Below are positions 1 through 13,035 of a stretch of 64,000 nucleotides of DNA, piece after piece; the first letter of the stretch is position 1, and the number at the start of each line of letters is the position of its first letter. A model generated the notes under the pieces. The model did not search any database and was not told the DNA's origin. It worked only from the letters and a program-made list of their open reading frames with translations. This DNA comes from Octopus vulgaris. Taxonomy: Eukaryota. Location: assembly GCA_951406725.2 (NCBI GenBank), contig OX597818.1, positions 70,866,001 to 70,930,000 of the forward strand, in the 5' to 3' direction. The position numbers were made by a program, and so were the translations under genes.

Positions 1-360
1 GGACAAGGGGATTGAACTATGAGAAGAGGCAGGCAGCGCAGGTTCTTGAAAAGGATCGGAGTGGCTACTCACAGATGAAAGGAACTGTAGAAGTAGAGAC
101 AGATGATGGCAATGTTGTGCCTAGATGGCTCCACAAGGCCCAAAGTGAGTGGAAGAATTGGTTTGCAAGGTTATATGGGCTGGAACATTAGGGAATGAGG
201 AGGCAGTCTGCTAAAATGGGTAGAGTTGAAGGGCGGATGAAGAAGGAGGCAATTGTTGATGGGGAGACAGAGGGATGCAGAAGAGAGTGGGGAGAGCAGC
301 AGAAGTAAAGATAATACAGCTGTCAGTAGGGTGGTGGGGCATGAGAAGAATGACTTAGTT
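1..360 (-). mobile_element. Highly degenerate CR1/L2-group LINE 3' ORF remnant
   Basis: Minus-strand reading gives EPSRHNIAIICLYFYS, resembling the LQPLSHRRxVASLSLFYRY motif at the C-terminus of CR1/L2-group ORF2. Similar in character to 44200-44720. Confidence 0.3.
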
Positions 361-695
361 GGGTGGGCTGCGGGGGAGAGGTAGACTTAATGCATGAGTA
401 AAGCAGGAATAGTCACTCTAACATGGGCTAAGAGCACAGTACAAAGCACTTCCAGAACTGAGTTTCAATGATGAGGGCAGGTATTTCCAAGAACCTCAGA
501 TCAGCAGAGATTCTGGTCTTTTGTCATCTCATAAATTAGGCTCAGGGTTCTAAGGTCAGCTTTAGCCATTTCATCCTATGTTTTTCTAGGCTTCTCTCTT
601 CTGCAAGTTCAGCCACATAAAGCATTCACCACTTCTTTACACAGCTGTCCATATTCATTTGCAAACTTTGCTTGCTTAATTTCTTTCAGTCTTAT

Positions 696-945
696 GACCT
701 TATGTTTGGCAAAAGGACTCTGCACCATGCCACACAAGCAAGATGACTCAGTCATGGCTGTCAGACGATTTCTGAAACCACCACCCCACTAATATCTGGC
801 CCCCTAACTCCCCAGACTGCAACCTCCTCAATTATTATGTGTAGGGTGCAGTTTGAGCAAGAGACCAACAAAACTCTTTGTAACAACAAAACTCTTTGTA
901 ACACCAAAGATGAACTGAAGGCAAGGATTATGGCAGCATTCACTT
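696..945 (+). mobile_element. Tc1/mariner DD37D (maT) transposase C-terminal fragment
   Basis: Translates to YVWQKDSAPCHTSKMTQSWLSDDF*NHHPTNIWPPNSPDCNLLNYYV*GAV...TKDELKARIMAAF. There are 37 residues between the second catalytic D and the third position (here N), plus the WPPNSPD motif. Confidence 0.85.
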
Positions 946-1131
946 ATATTATTAAATGTTTCAGTAAATCAGACCTATTGGCAAGAATAGTATGTTGTTG
1001 GCTTCAAGTCTGATGAATGAATTAATGTCGTATTAACAATATTTCGTGATTATACTTGGCAATAGAGCAGAGCAGCTATACATGTTACCTAATACAGTCA
1101 ATAACAGATGAATATAAACACTTTATCTCTC

Positions 1132-1175
<44 letters not shown>

Positions 1176-1327
1176 GCTATCTACATTGTACACAGGTGCA
1201 AAGTTCACTTTATAATCACGAGTAACTTTGTTTAATCCCAACGCATGGCATCTCAAGCAAATGTCTTCTACCACTACTTTGAGTTGACCAAAGTTTGGAG
1301 AGTGAAGCTAATGGAAAGCCTATGGAG

Positions 1328-1602
1328 TAGTGATTCCCAAAGTGGGGCAGTACTTCCCCACCCCCAGGAAGTAGAGGAAAGATCCAGGTGGGTATTGAAG
1401 AAAGGTGGAGTGATAATAGGGTGGACAAAAGGGGATGATGGACATAAAAACAACAAAATAATGAGTTAATTAGGCTGTTTTATGTTTTATTTGCAGCAGA
1501 GAATGGTTTATGTTTGTGGTTGTGAGTGAGGGTGGGAGGGCACTAGGAATGTAGCCTAAGAGCCAAGGGGGCAGCAACCCACGGAAATTTGGAAACAGAC
1601 TA
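1328..1602. mobile_element. Degenerate hAT-type MITE
   Basis: Ends tagtgattcccaaa ... tttggaaacagacta resemble a CAGTGGTTCCCAAA terminal inverted repeat. About 275 bp, non-coding. Confidence 0.45.
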
Positions 1603-1731
1603 AACTATAGAGTAAACTATACTGAGGGTCAGCTCTCTGAGACAGTGTCACACTGATTGTGTCTGTGGAATACTCAGCCACATACATTTTAATTCAAAAA
1701 TTAGTTATGTTTTTAAATAATTAGAATTCTT

Positions 1732-2071
1732 TAGTGGTTCTCAACCAGGGTCCATATAAGATTTTGGGGGGGTCTGAGCAACAAAATAGTAAAGTTGGGG
1801 GTCTACAACAGTATTTTACGGGTCCCTGGGAAAATTTTGCTTTCAATGTAATATATATATTGGTATGTATTGCAAGAAAACAACTATGTTTCTTTCTCAA
1901 ACAATTTACAAAGTTCAACCTACGACAAGGGAATGTGTGAAAAACGAAATAGGAATTCTGGAAGAAGTTTCTATAAAACTAGTTTTTTAAGCATTGAATG
2001 GCAATGGGAATCCCCCAGAATAAAATAGTAATCAAAGGGATTAAAAGATAAAAAATGCTTGAGAACCCCTG
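1732..2071. mobile_element. hAT (Charlie-like) MITE
   Basis: TIRs tagtggttctcaa / ttgagaacccctg. The right flank atctagat matches the NTCTAGAN Charlie target consensus. Internal similarity to 8311-8585. Confidence 0.7.
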
Positions 2072-5000
2072 ATCTAGATGGTTGCCAGTCTGCTAGAAAT
2101 AACACGAAAAAAGATCTGCATTTTATTGAGATAGTTCAGGAAAAAGACCAACGGGTTTTCAGGATTCCTATATTTATTACACTCCATTCAATAGGAATTA
2201 GTAAAAGACTTAAAAGAAAGGAAAAAAAACATTTTTCTCCAAGGCTACAGTTACAAGAGCATAGAAAAACTGGTAAAAGTCAATGGAACAAAAGTGTCTA
2301 CAGAAGACAATGAGGACCTATTTGTTTATTTCTGTGCCTTCCCTTCTTTTACCAATTCTTATTCTCCACTCAACTGTCAAGTTCAGCTTGAAGAAGGAAG
2401 AGAAGGAGGAAGAGGAGGGAGATAAGAGGAGTTTTAAAATACTGTTACCCTTTTACTGTCAGATTCTCATCTTGAATATCTAAAAGAGGACAACCATATC
2501 TTTAGATCTTTTAGCTGCTCCGTTTATATTTATGTCTATCTGTTAGCAAAACCATCAGAATTGAGGTTTTCTTTATCTTGTCTTGATGGGGGGGGGGGTC
2601 CTTCCTGATTCCTTTTATGGATTGTTTGTTGTTTATCTCCCAGATCACTTATTGATTAGACCTTTAATCAAAGACTTACTAACCATGACCATCCACTCTT
2701 AATGTATCAGTGTCGCTAGGATGGCTTCATTCCAATGTGTCCTTCCTTTTCTTTTGAAACAGTAGTATGTATGATACAGTGGAAATTTGGCTACTATATC
2801 TAGCAGGTTGAATGACTTTCCCAGGTTGTCTTGTCAGCATTTATCTAAGCCATCCTCATCTTTCTAACTGTTCGTTCATCTGCAACAATACAAGCATATC
2901 AGAAACATGCACACACACGCATGCACATGCATGACCTATGGAAGCATGGAAAAGTGATTGATTGATAGGTAGGTAGATAGGTAGATGGGTGGGTCTGTGT
3001 GCCATAGTTATAAATTTTACTTCTCAACCCCAATGAGACCACAGAGTGGGATTTTCAATCCCACTCTGTGGTCTCACTGGGCAAATGGTATTCTCTAAAG
3101 TCTTGGGCTGATTCCTAGTGAGTGAAATTGGATGATTTAGAGATAGTATATGAAAGAGACCTTAATCAAAATTTGATATTAAAACACAAGAATATAAAAC
3201 ATACCACTCCATCCAACCCCCAATCCCTTTTGGCTAGAATTGGAATGGGAGGAAGTATTGGTGTCTTTTACACGTTATTTCACCTAAATTTGAATAAAAG
3301 CACAAAAAGTAGAGAAATCCCTTGATTACTAGAGGTAAGGCCTGCTGTAAGCAACCATGCTTCACTCTTTGATTGCATAAATACATGGAATATCTCCAGT
3401 TGATGTCTAAACTTTGAAAACAAAACAAAATTTTAATTTTTAAGTTTCTAAATACCTTGGAGAAAAAAGAAACTGAAAATCGATTGGAATAAATAAAGAA
3501 AGAAATAAAATGCAGTTTTATGTTGAACAAATTTATTGACTTCCATCAGTTTGTGGGAAAAAAAAGTAGAACAACAAATCCGATGCTTTTTGTTGGGTTT
3601 TCTTTTTTAATTGTGTAAAAAAAGGATAATTGTCTTGATTTTTCTGTGCCTGACGTGGGGCAGCTGAGTGCATTTTCACATTGTTTCCAGAAACTGTTTC
3701 TTCTTCCATTGTCATGTGATTTCCATTTTCGAAAATTCTAAAAATAGCATCCATATTTTAATTGAGGATTAATTATCTACGTGTCTCAGATTAATCTGTT
3801 CCTTATTAGTAACCATATCTGTTGATGTTTTAAGTTTCAAAAAGCCTTCATCATTCAGCTCTATTATCACACAAGTCAAACTCTGCCATTATGTATAATG
3901 TCAGCATCCCTTCAAAGTTGAAGTCATTTCTGTTAGGATCCCTGCAATTTCAGGTTACAATTTTTATTTTTTGTCAGCAAGTAAGCTTTATTAGGCTTTC
4001 ATTTCCAAAATAATTCTATCTCGTTAGCATTTATAATTTGTTCATCAACATAACAACCATCATCATCATCATCATCATCATAACCACCATTATCTTCCCT
4101 TTCCATCCTGGCATCAGCTGAGTGGAATGTCAGGGTCCAAGTCAGTTCGTATCCAGACATATTCTTCTCCTACACAACTCACCAGACTTGGCCTCATTCA
4201 TATACTTTTATGGTGGGATGCTCTTCCTAACGCCAACCATTTTAATAATCATTTTTCAATTTGGCAGATTATCCAGCCACTAAACTATCATCTACTCACG
4301 TATTTACTCCTTTAATCCTAAAATTATGAATTAAAGATAATCTTTTAAACTTGCTAAACCACTTGGAACATTTTCTTCTCTTTGCATTTCATTTTCTTCT
4401 TTCCATTTTCTTTGGACTGCAACAGCCGAGTGCATCTTTTATCTTTAACTTGTTTCAGTCATTGTATTGCAGCCATGCTAGAGCACCACCTTTTAGGGGT
4501 TTGGCTTAAACAAACTAACCCCCGTACTTATTTTAAACCTATTATTATACTAGTCTGGTCACTGTTAAAACATGGCCAAGTGGTTCAGAAGTTTGCTTCA
4601 CAGCCATGAAGGAACGCCCCACCCCACCCTTTGATCTTAGTGTTTTACATCTTGGGCCAGAGTTCTTTACCTTCAGGAAGACCCAAGCTATTGCATGAAG
4701 TTGGGGAGATGGAGGAAGCCCTTCAGATGGACTGCATCTGTATTTAAAAAGCCTGTTCTTGTCATTATTGTGTGTCATACTGATTCTGAGAATTATGTTA
4801 AGGGTTCCCCCTCTGTGTGGAATACTCAGCCACTTACATACTCATTCATTAAATAAGTAGCTCTGTGTGTGTGTGTGTGAGTTAAGAGTAGTTATTCTAC
4901 CTTGGATCGCATTAAAAGTACATGCGTGTCTGCAAAACTCAGTCATAGAATTGAATGAGTGGTAATGATCAAACAACTAAAATACTCCCCCACAGTGAAA

Positions 5001-6260
5001 CTAACAGAAGATCCATTTACTACTTTATTAAGACAACACGTTTCATTCCTCATTTCCTAGTTTTTAGGTAGAGGTAGGTATTATATATCTTGGAGGATTG
5101 TTACCTTGGAATAATTTGTATCTAATCCAGGATGAGGTTTGTCTGTTGTTGTCAGATTAAAATGGATTGAGGTAACAAGGCAAGCTCAATGTTGTTACTT
5201 GAGCTGGTAAAAATAGTCACCAAATTAGCTTTAAATCATATTCTTGCATCTTAAAATGACTTCTAAGACCATATTGGTTGATTCAATTAAATAATATCTG
5301 AAAAAAAAATCTAGATGGCAGTCTTTTTTTTAAATATTTTTGCTCAAACAGGGTCAACTTGAAGCTAAACAGCAATAACAACAGAACAGTGATCCTCAAA
5401 AGCTCCTTGGGGTTACATCAGCTTGGAAATATAAACTGCAGTGTAGCGTTTAGGTGCTTTATAAGAAGTGACTGATGTTTCAAGTAAGAGCCTTCGTTGC
5501 AGGAGAAATAATGAGGATCTACAATGTGTGTGTGTGTGAAGGATGGGCAAAGCAGATTCTTCGACATATATCTGCACTATTCTGTCATAGGGCATATTTG
5601 CATTTTTAATAGAATTGCAACTGTTTAAGTTTGAAAAATGTTTTTTCTAGTCATGAAAAGAAAAATAATCAATCTATCCACTTTTTAAAGTTGTTTTCAA
5701 CCATGAAAGACATAAGCAACAACAAAAGAAAAAGAAAAGAAAAAATATGCCCAGAATGAATTTAGAAGCTGAAGAATTTGTTTGTTTTGTTTTTTCTTTA
5801 TAATTTTTCTCAATTTTATTTCATATTATTTTCATTGTGTCTACTTAGGATTAATGTCTCCACTTAAAATGTTATTGAAAAACAATTTGTAGTCATAAAT
5901 TAGAGATGAATTCCTCATCAAAGATGCAAATTTATCTGACATGCTTCCGATGTCACTATGACATCCTGTTAGATTGACATTTTATATGGTGACAATATAT
6001 TTATGTAAATTCTCAGGAACCAACCAACTTTAATTTTAAAATCATTAAATACTAAGGATTACGATTACAGATTTAATTAATAATTCTCAATTTCTAATTA
6101 AGACAAAAGATATGTTTCAAATTCCATCAGAAACACCAAAGTCATGAGAAAGGAAAATTGTAAATCACAGTTTTTCTGAATTTATTCTTTAGTTCAGGTG
6201 AAACAAATGAATCACAGAGACTTCAACCAGAACATATATATATATATATATATATACAAC

Positions 6261-6339
<79 letters not shown>

Positions 6340-6345
<6 letters not shown>

Positions 6346-7030
6346 TAGTAAGGTCAAATTGAAAACAGGAAGAATACCTTTCTCTCTCTATCACCCTTAT
6401 CTCCCCATTCTTACTTTCAAACTATCTCCACTGACCATTAACTAGTACACTTTCCCTTACTATCTCTTCATTGTTTTTCCTTTTTCTTTCTTTTCTTTAT
6501 TCCTCTCTTCCTGTTTTTCCTCTTTTTTATTTCTTTTATTTTTCTTCTTATTTTCTTCTCTTTCTTTTCTCTTCTCCCTCTTTTTTCTCTTTTTTTCTCT
6601 TTCTTTATTCCTCTCTTCCTGTTTTCAATTTGACCTTACTAATACATCCCCTACTTTTAGGTTACTTTAAATAAAACCCTTGATTCAATACACTGTGTAT
6701 AAACTCTATACTTGGAATGACCAATTTTAAATACCATGGGATTTTACTCATAAGGTATTGGAATCTTATATGTATACCATTCTGTCTAAATAATGGATCT
6801 GCAGATACAATATCCCTGCATATCTCACATCTATTTTCATTCCTACACTTCGCTCTCCATTTCGTATCTTATCTAAATTAACTATTGCTTAACCATCTTC
6901 TCACACTGTCTCCAATGAAGGGATTTAATGAATATCCTAGAAACAGCTGTAAGACCTTCTATTTATAAATGTTCTAAAACCTACACAGCCTTGGTTTTTT
7001 TATCTCATTATGTAAAAAATTTTTATACAC
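6340..7030 (+). mobile_element. Penelope-like pseudo-LTR / non-autonomous element with a 5' inverted segment and a hammerhead motif
   Basis: Starts right after a (TA)n tract. Perfect 34-bp inverted repeat at 6340-6373 / 6614-6647. Type I hammerhead fold at 6908-6955. Confidence 0.55.
6908..6955 (+). ncRNA. Degenerate minimal type I hammerhead ribozyme
   Basis: gtct-CCAATGA-ag-ggat(loop)atcc-ta-GAAA-cagctg-TA-agac. Stem I gtct/agac, stem II ggat/atcc, palindromic stem III acagctgt, GUA cleavage triplet. The core has 2 mismatches to CUGANGA. Confidence 0.6.
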
Positions 7031-7798
7031 ACACGCTGATATATGACCTAAGTTGGACTCCCTATTTGCATAATCACCGAATCTGGAGCTTAACTATGGT
7101 CTGTCCATAGCACTTATTCTGCATTACCTGACACCTTTGGGTCACACTGACACCATTACCTCTCATAACCTCTATTATCATCATCATCATCATTATTATT
7201 ATATTTGAGATTTGTTGGGGATGTTTGCGATACTCAAACAAATTTTGAAAGACTGAAAATATTTTTAGCCCAATTCACAGAAAATTTCTAATTTACAGGT
7301 AGCTTCCACACAGTTTCTATGCATCCAATCATTGCCACAGGTGTATGAGTATACTTGAGCTACTCTCATTATCTTTTCTTTTGGCCTCCTGTTTCTAATT
7401 CCCAATAAAACACTATATCAGGAAGTTGAGTGTCAGGCTCATGTATACGGTGTTCCATTAACCCCAGTTTTTATTTTATTACATCTTCAATGCTGGTATT
7501 TGTTGTTCCCATTCAGGACTTCCTTGTTGGACAATTGGTCTTGTTATTTGCTCTGAAGTATGGACCATAGCCTTCCTTACCAGTGGATATGTTATGTCTC
7601 TAGTTTAGAGATCAGGTTTCTCAGGGATTGGCAGATGAGCAAAGAATCTTTGTAGAAAACCCTAAGTTGAGTTGGTTAAGCATAGTATGTTCTCTATTTT
7701 CTGTTTTTATTAAAGTGTTTTTGAGATGTAACACATGAAACTCCTACAACTCACACACATGTAAGTTCACACAAATGCATATATGTGCATGCGCGCGT

Positions 7799-7832
<34 letters not shown>

Positions 7833-8310
7833 TCTATCTAAATTCTGATTAACCATTAAACATATTTTTGGTGCCACATTTACCAAAATATATGTATTGT
7901 AAACCAGAGCTCCACATTGGTATTTTTTTTTCTAAAATATGCTGGAGACTTCCATTTTCTCATTAACCTAGTGATAATTAAATAATTTGCTTATATGTTA
8001 GCTTCTGCACTTTAATGTGAAATAAATAAAATTAAAATTAAGAGGTTAAACTTAATGTCATTGTTGGGTCTGGCCTGGAAAGAATGAGATTTTAATTTAG
8101 TCTATTATTTCACATTTAGTATTTGTTATGTCTCAATGTCTGTGTCAGTTAGGGTCGAAGGTGAACCATTGTTGGATTGTGTTGAGGACAAGCAGTTTGC
8201 TTCAACCCTACAAAATCAAACATACACACACACTTCTTACCTCCTGGCAGGCATACACACCCACCCAAACACTCATAAATGCAAATGCGGCAACAAAGGG
8301 ACTTCTACGT

Positions 8311-8585
8311 CAGTGATTCTCAACCAGAAGTCCATATGACTCTTGGAGGATCATATAACCCTTGGGGAACCATATGACTTGGGGGTGGGCAGGGTCCATG
8401 TAAGAGTATGCTATTAAAATTTAGGAGCAATAAATTGCTTGTATTTCTAAAGTGCACCAAATATTTTAGCAATTTTTAAAATACAATTTCTAAAAGTAAA
8501 ATAGGATTTTAAAAATAGAACAGCTATGAGGGTCCACTCAAGTAAAATAGGGTCCTTAGATGAAAAAAATGTTTGAGAACCACTG
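8311..8585. mobile_element. hAT (Charlie-like) MITE
   Basis: TIRs cagtgattctcaa / ttgagaaccactg. The 8-bp flanks ttctacgt / ctctacaa look like a decayed TSD with an NTCTA core. Confidence 0.75.
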
Positions 8586-9103
8586 CTCTACAAGATCACT
8601 TGATTTGCTAGAAATAGTAGGTATATCTCCCTCAAATCACAGTATATCCCCATTGAAAAGGGAAAAGATACATTTCCAAAGGAAGTTGTAGAAGCACCAT
8701 CTGAAAAATGACACGAGGTGGTCTTAGCTGGAACCCTTTTGATGATAAGAATAAATAATCAGGGCTGACCCAGGGTTAAACAACAACACTTGCCCTTTAA
8801 AAACGTGAAAAACAGTCACCAAGGGACCCTTTACATACCCCAAATAGCATTCAGACCTCTTTCAGCTCACACTTTATGAACCCCTTATGTAAGTTTGAAT
8901 TTTGTCTTTGTTTTTATAGCTGGATCCCTTTCTTGCATCCATTCATTCATTTTTTCTTGCTAGTTTGGGTCAGAAAAGCTCAATTTACTAAGACAATACT
9001 TTCACAACTGGATGCCCTTCCCGTCACCCACCCTCACGCTTCCAAGCAAGATATTTCCATTTGACTAGACATGTTGTTGCAAAATATATTTATATCTTTT
9101 TAT

Positions 9104-9760
9104 ATACATACATACATGCATACATACATGCATACATACATACATACATGCATACATACACGCATACATACATACATGTATGCATACATACATACATACA
9201 TACATACATGCATACATATACGCATACATACATGCATACATACATACATACATACAAACATTCATACATACATGCATACATGCATACATACATGCATACA
9301 TACATGCATACATGCATACATACATGCATACATACATACATACATACAAACATTCATACATACATACATACATGCATACATACATGCATACATACATGCA
9401 TACATGCATACATACATGCATACATACATACATACATACATACATACATGCATACATATACGCATACATACATACATGCATACATACATACATACATGCA
9501 TACATACATACATGCATGCATACATGCATACATACATACATGCATACATACATGCATACATACATACATGCATACATACACGCATACATACATACATGCA
9601 TACATGCATACATACATACATGCATACATACACGCATACATACATACATGCATACATATACGCATACATACATACATACATACATACATACATACATACA
9701 TACATACATACATACATACATACATACATACATACGTACACACACACACACACATACATA
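9104..9760. repeat. Compound (TACA)n/(TGCA) microsatellite array
   Basis: About 650 bp of cata/taca units with interspersed catg, cacg and caaacatt variants. Source of the HTYI/MYVC pseudo-ORFs. Confidence 0.97.
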
Positions 9761-10080
9761 CAGTGGGGTTCTTTCACATTCACTATACCAAATCCAGTTT
9801 GGTTGGCCCAGAGCTTTAGAAGAAAGTATTTGTCTAAAGTGTCATGCAGTGTGAGTGATCTTAAGCTCTTATTGTTGGTAAGCAATCTTCTCAACCACAC
9901 ACACTTTATGATGGGTTTCCATCTTCTCAATCTACACACAAAGCCTTTGTTGACCTCGAGCAATAATAGAAGGGGCCATGCCATGGGACGGAACCTGAAA
10001 CCATATCATTGGGAAGTGAACTTCTTAAACAAAGACCCATGTTCACAAACACACACGTGCACGCGTGTGAGTGTGCGTGC

Positions 10081-10117
<37 letters not shown>

Positions 10118-10479
10118 CAAACTGTTTCATATTCATGTTGATATTTTAGACAGGATTAATTAGATGTTGACGAGTTGTAATTTAAAAATAAATCTATTTC
10201 ACCCACTTTTATTGCATATCCATTGTTTTGAGAACTATTTATTTAAGGACCACAACCAATGATACTACTACTACTACTACTACTACTATTACTAAAAATA
10301 ATAATAATGATAATAATGTCTGGGATATATAATACTTTAATTAGAAAAGGGTGCAGGGGATAGGAAACAAAATTAAGAAGAGAATACACAAATGTAGTGG
10401 GAGAACATATATTAGAGAAGAGAGTCACAAGGTCAGGGTTAATCATGAAAGGAATAAAAAACATTATGTTCAGCTCACG

Positions 10480-10514
<35 letters not shown>

Positions 10515-10620
10515 TATTGTATTGTATTATATTACATACATTTACATACACATATATAAAACAATTAACAACATAGATTTTACATATGATGGCTAAAACA
10601 ACCAAAGTACATTCGTGCTT

Positions 10621-10631
10621 GTGTGTGTGTC

Positions 10632-10678
<47 letters not shown>

Positions 10679-10930
10679 GTATGTATGTATATATATGTAT
10701 GTGTATATATATGTATGTGTATATATATATATATGTATATATATATGTATGTATATATATATATGTATATATATATGTATATATATATGTATGTATGTTT
10801 GTATGTATGTATATATATATGTATGTATATATATATATATATGTGTGTGTGTGTATGTGTATAAATGTGCATACATACATATATACATGTGTGTGTGTAT
10901 GTATGTACATATTTATGTACATATGTATAC
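10621..10930. repeat. (TA)n/(TATG)n/(TG)n compound microsatellite
   Basis: Directly visible. Confidence 0.95.
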
Positions 10931-13035
10931 ACAGATATAATTTTAATGGAAAGAGCTCAATTTAATTGTATTTTAACCTACTTACTAACAAAACCTGAAT
11001 GTAGAATAATATTTATATGTAAAAAGGACGTTGATTTCATCTGTCTCATGCACACACACACACACACACACACACTATTGAGAATACTTAAGTTAATCTA
11101 AACATAATACAAGGAACATTAGAAAGCTGAATAAGCATGAAGTAATTAGTGAGGACTAAACAATATTAATCAATGACTTATATTGTTTCATTCTTTGAGT
11201 ATGAGAGACAACTCTGGACATGTTTTGGTCTACTTATGACTTCATTAATGAAACCTCATCCACCAAAGATAAACCTTTCCAAGAGTGGTTTACTGTTTTC
11301 TCTCTCCATGATTTTGCAACAATGTCAATTATCTCAACATCACAATACAAATCCCATTTTTTTATCCATTGGCACAAAGCCAAAAATACAAAATCAGTGA
11401 GGTGATCAATTTATTCTATATTCTATAACATCTCAGACCAAAATTCTACTCATTGCAGCCACAATTCTTATATTGGTATCATGGCTACAGTGATACCAAT
11501 GTAGAGACAAGACTTTTATTACAACAGATGTGTATCTATGCAGGTGTCCTGAGTTTTGGTCCCACTGTGACACACTTAATGTTAAACTCAATCCATTCTC
11601 TAGCACCATGGGGTCCTTTAGTGACAACTGCTCTGTTGCAAGCATACAGTTTGGGACTTCAGTTTGAGGATATCTTCTTCCCTCCCACTGGCCTTTGAGT
11701 CCTTGACAAGAGTCATAGGCATTGCTCTCCATCCTGACAAAGAGATAAAATATAGAATGCACACACACACATACGTGTGTGTGTTTAAATTCAGTATCTT
11801 TTGTTTATAAATAGAAGAGAAAATAAATGTAAAATGGATAGAGGTATTTCAGAGTAAGTACTGCCACTTAACGTGGGGATAACTTTAATTAGTCAAGGTG
11901 ATACAAGTATTGGGGAGAGGTAAACATTGTTGAATACTGGTTAACACATCCCAACAAACACGAGGAAGATAAATCAAATATATTAAAAAAACTCATTTCA
12001 AATTTGTTGACCCGGCAGAGTGACACTTCCATTTAAATTGGGAAGGACAAACCATGAAGAATAGAAGTAACCCAACTTGAATGTGACCATATATGGTCAG
12101 GGAAGTTAAATTGATCAACTAACAAATTTAACTGTCAATTTTTTTTCCTAAAGCACCAAAATTGTAGTTTAGCACATTTGAAGCAGTACAGTGTTTTCTT
12201 TTATAACAAATGCCAATTTCTCCATAATTTACTTCAGCTAATAAAGAATTAAACATTAATGACAGTTGGCTGACAAAATTGGGTGAACATTAGACAAAAA
12301 TGCCTTGTGGTTTTTAGTCCTAGCATTTTGTTTCTGAGTCAGGATCCCACTGATGTCCGTTTGGCCTTTTGTCCTCCTCGCAGCAATGAAATAAAGGACC
12401 AACCAAGTTCTGGTGTTCACTGATATTTCCATGATGCATTTTAAATTTGAATGGAATTTTAATGGCTGACTATCATCAGGAACCAAGAAGGAATTTCTGC
12501 ATGGTTATTTGACCTGCTAAAAATAGCAGACAATTGTCTGCTAATCATGCTCTACTGTCTTAAAAAGGGAAGGTCAAATTGTAGAGTAATATTTTCAAAG
12601 GAGTTGGATGATTAGAGTTGTCTTTCATCTGAAACAAAGTCAACCTGGGGTTGGGGGGTCACCAGGCAGCAACAATGAAATATCCTTCATTCAGTTATCA
12701 TAAAAAAAAACGATACTTTGGACAGTATGGCTGTAGATATTTTTCAAGCATGATTAGAGTGGGATTAATCATAGGTGTTATCAATCCTAGGGTTAAAGAA
12801 AAGCTTGAAAATCAAGAGAGATCAGACAATATTAGGTACTACAATATTCTTTCCTTATTCTAGTTGCAGAATGTCTAAAAGATCTGTAAGAAAAATATAA
12901 AATATGAAAACAATTTACAACTTCCAAAAATAGCAGAGAACATAAAATGGGTAATTTTTAAGCAGGTCCTTAGTACTTAGTTATTATAACTTAGTATTAT
13001 AACTCCAGCTTGGCCAGAGGCCTCTTTATTTCAAA

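Noticed and set aside
3533-3950. 73-aa minus-strand ORF and possible terminal exon
   Set aside because: No recognisable homology and no upstream partner exon identified.
9061-10965. Long ORFs of 200-356 aa (HTYI/MYVC/YIYI repeats)
   Set aside because: They are translations of stop-free microsatellites, open in several frames on both strands, with no protein-like complexity.
11433-11768. 111-aa minus-strand ORF with an acceptor-like ctttgtcag near 11734
   Set aside because: No recognisable domain and no convincing donor; coding status cannot be supported.
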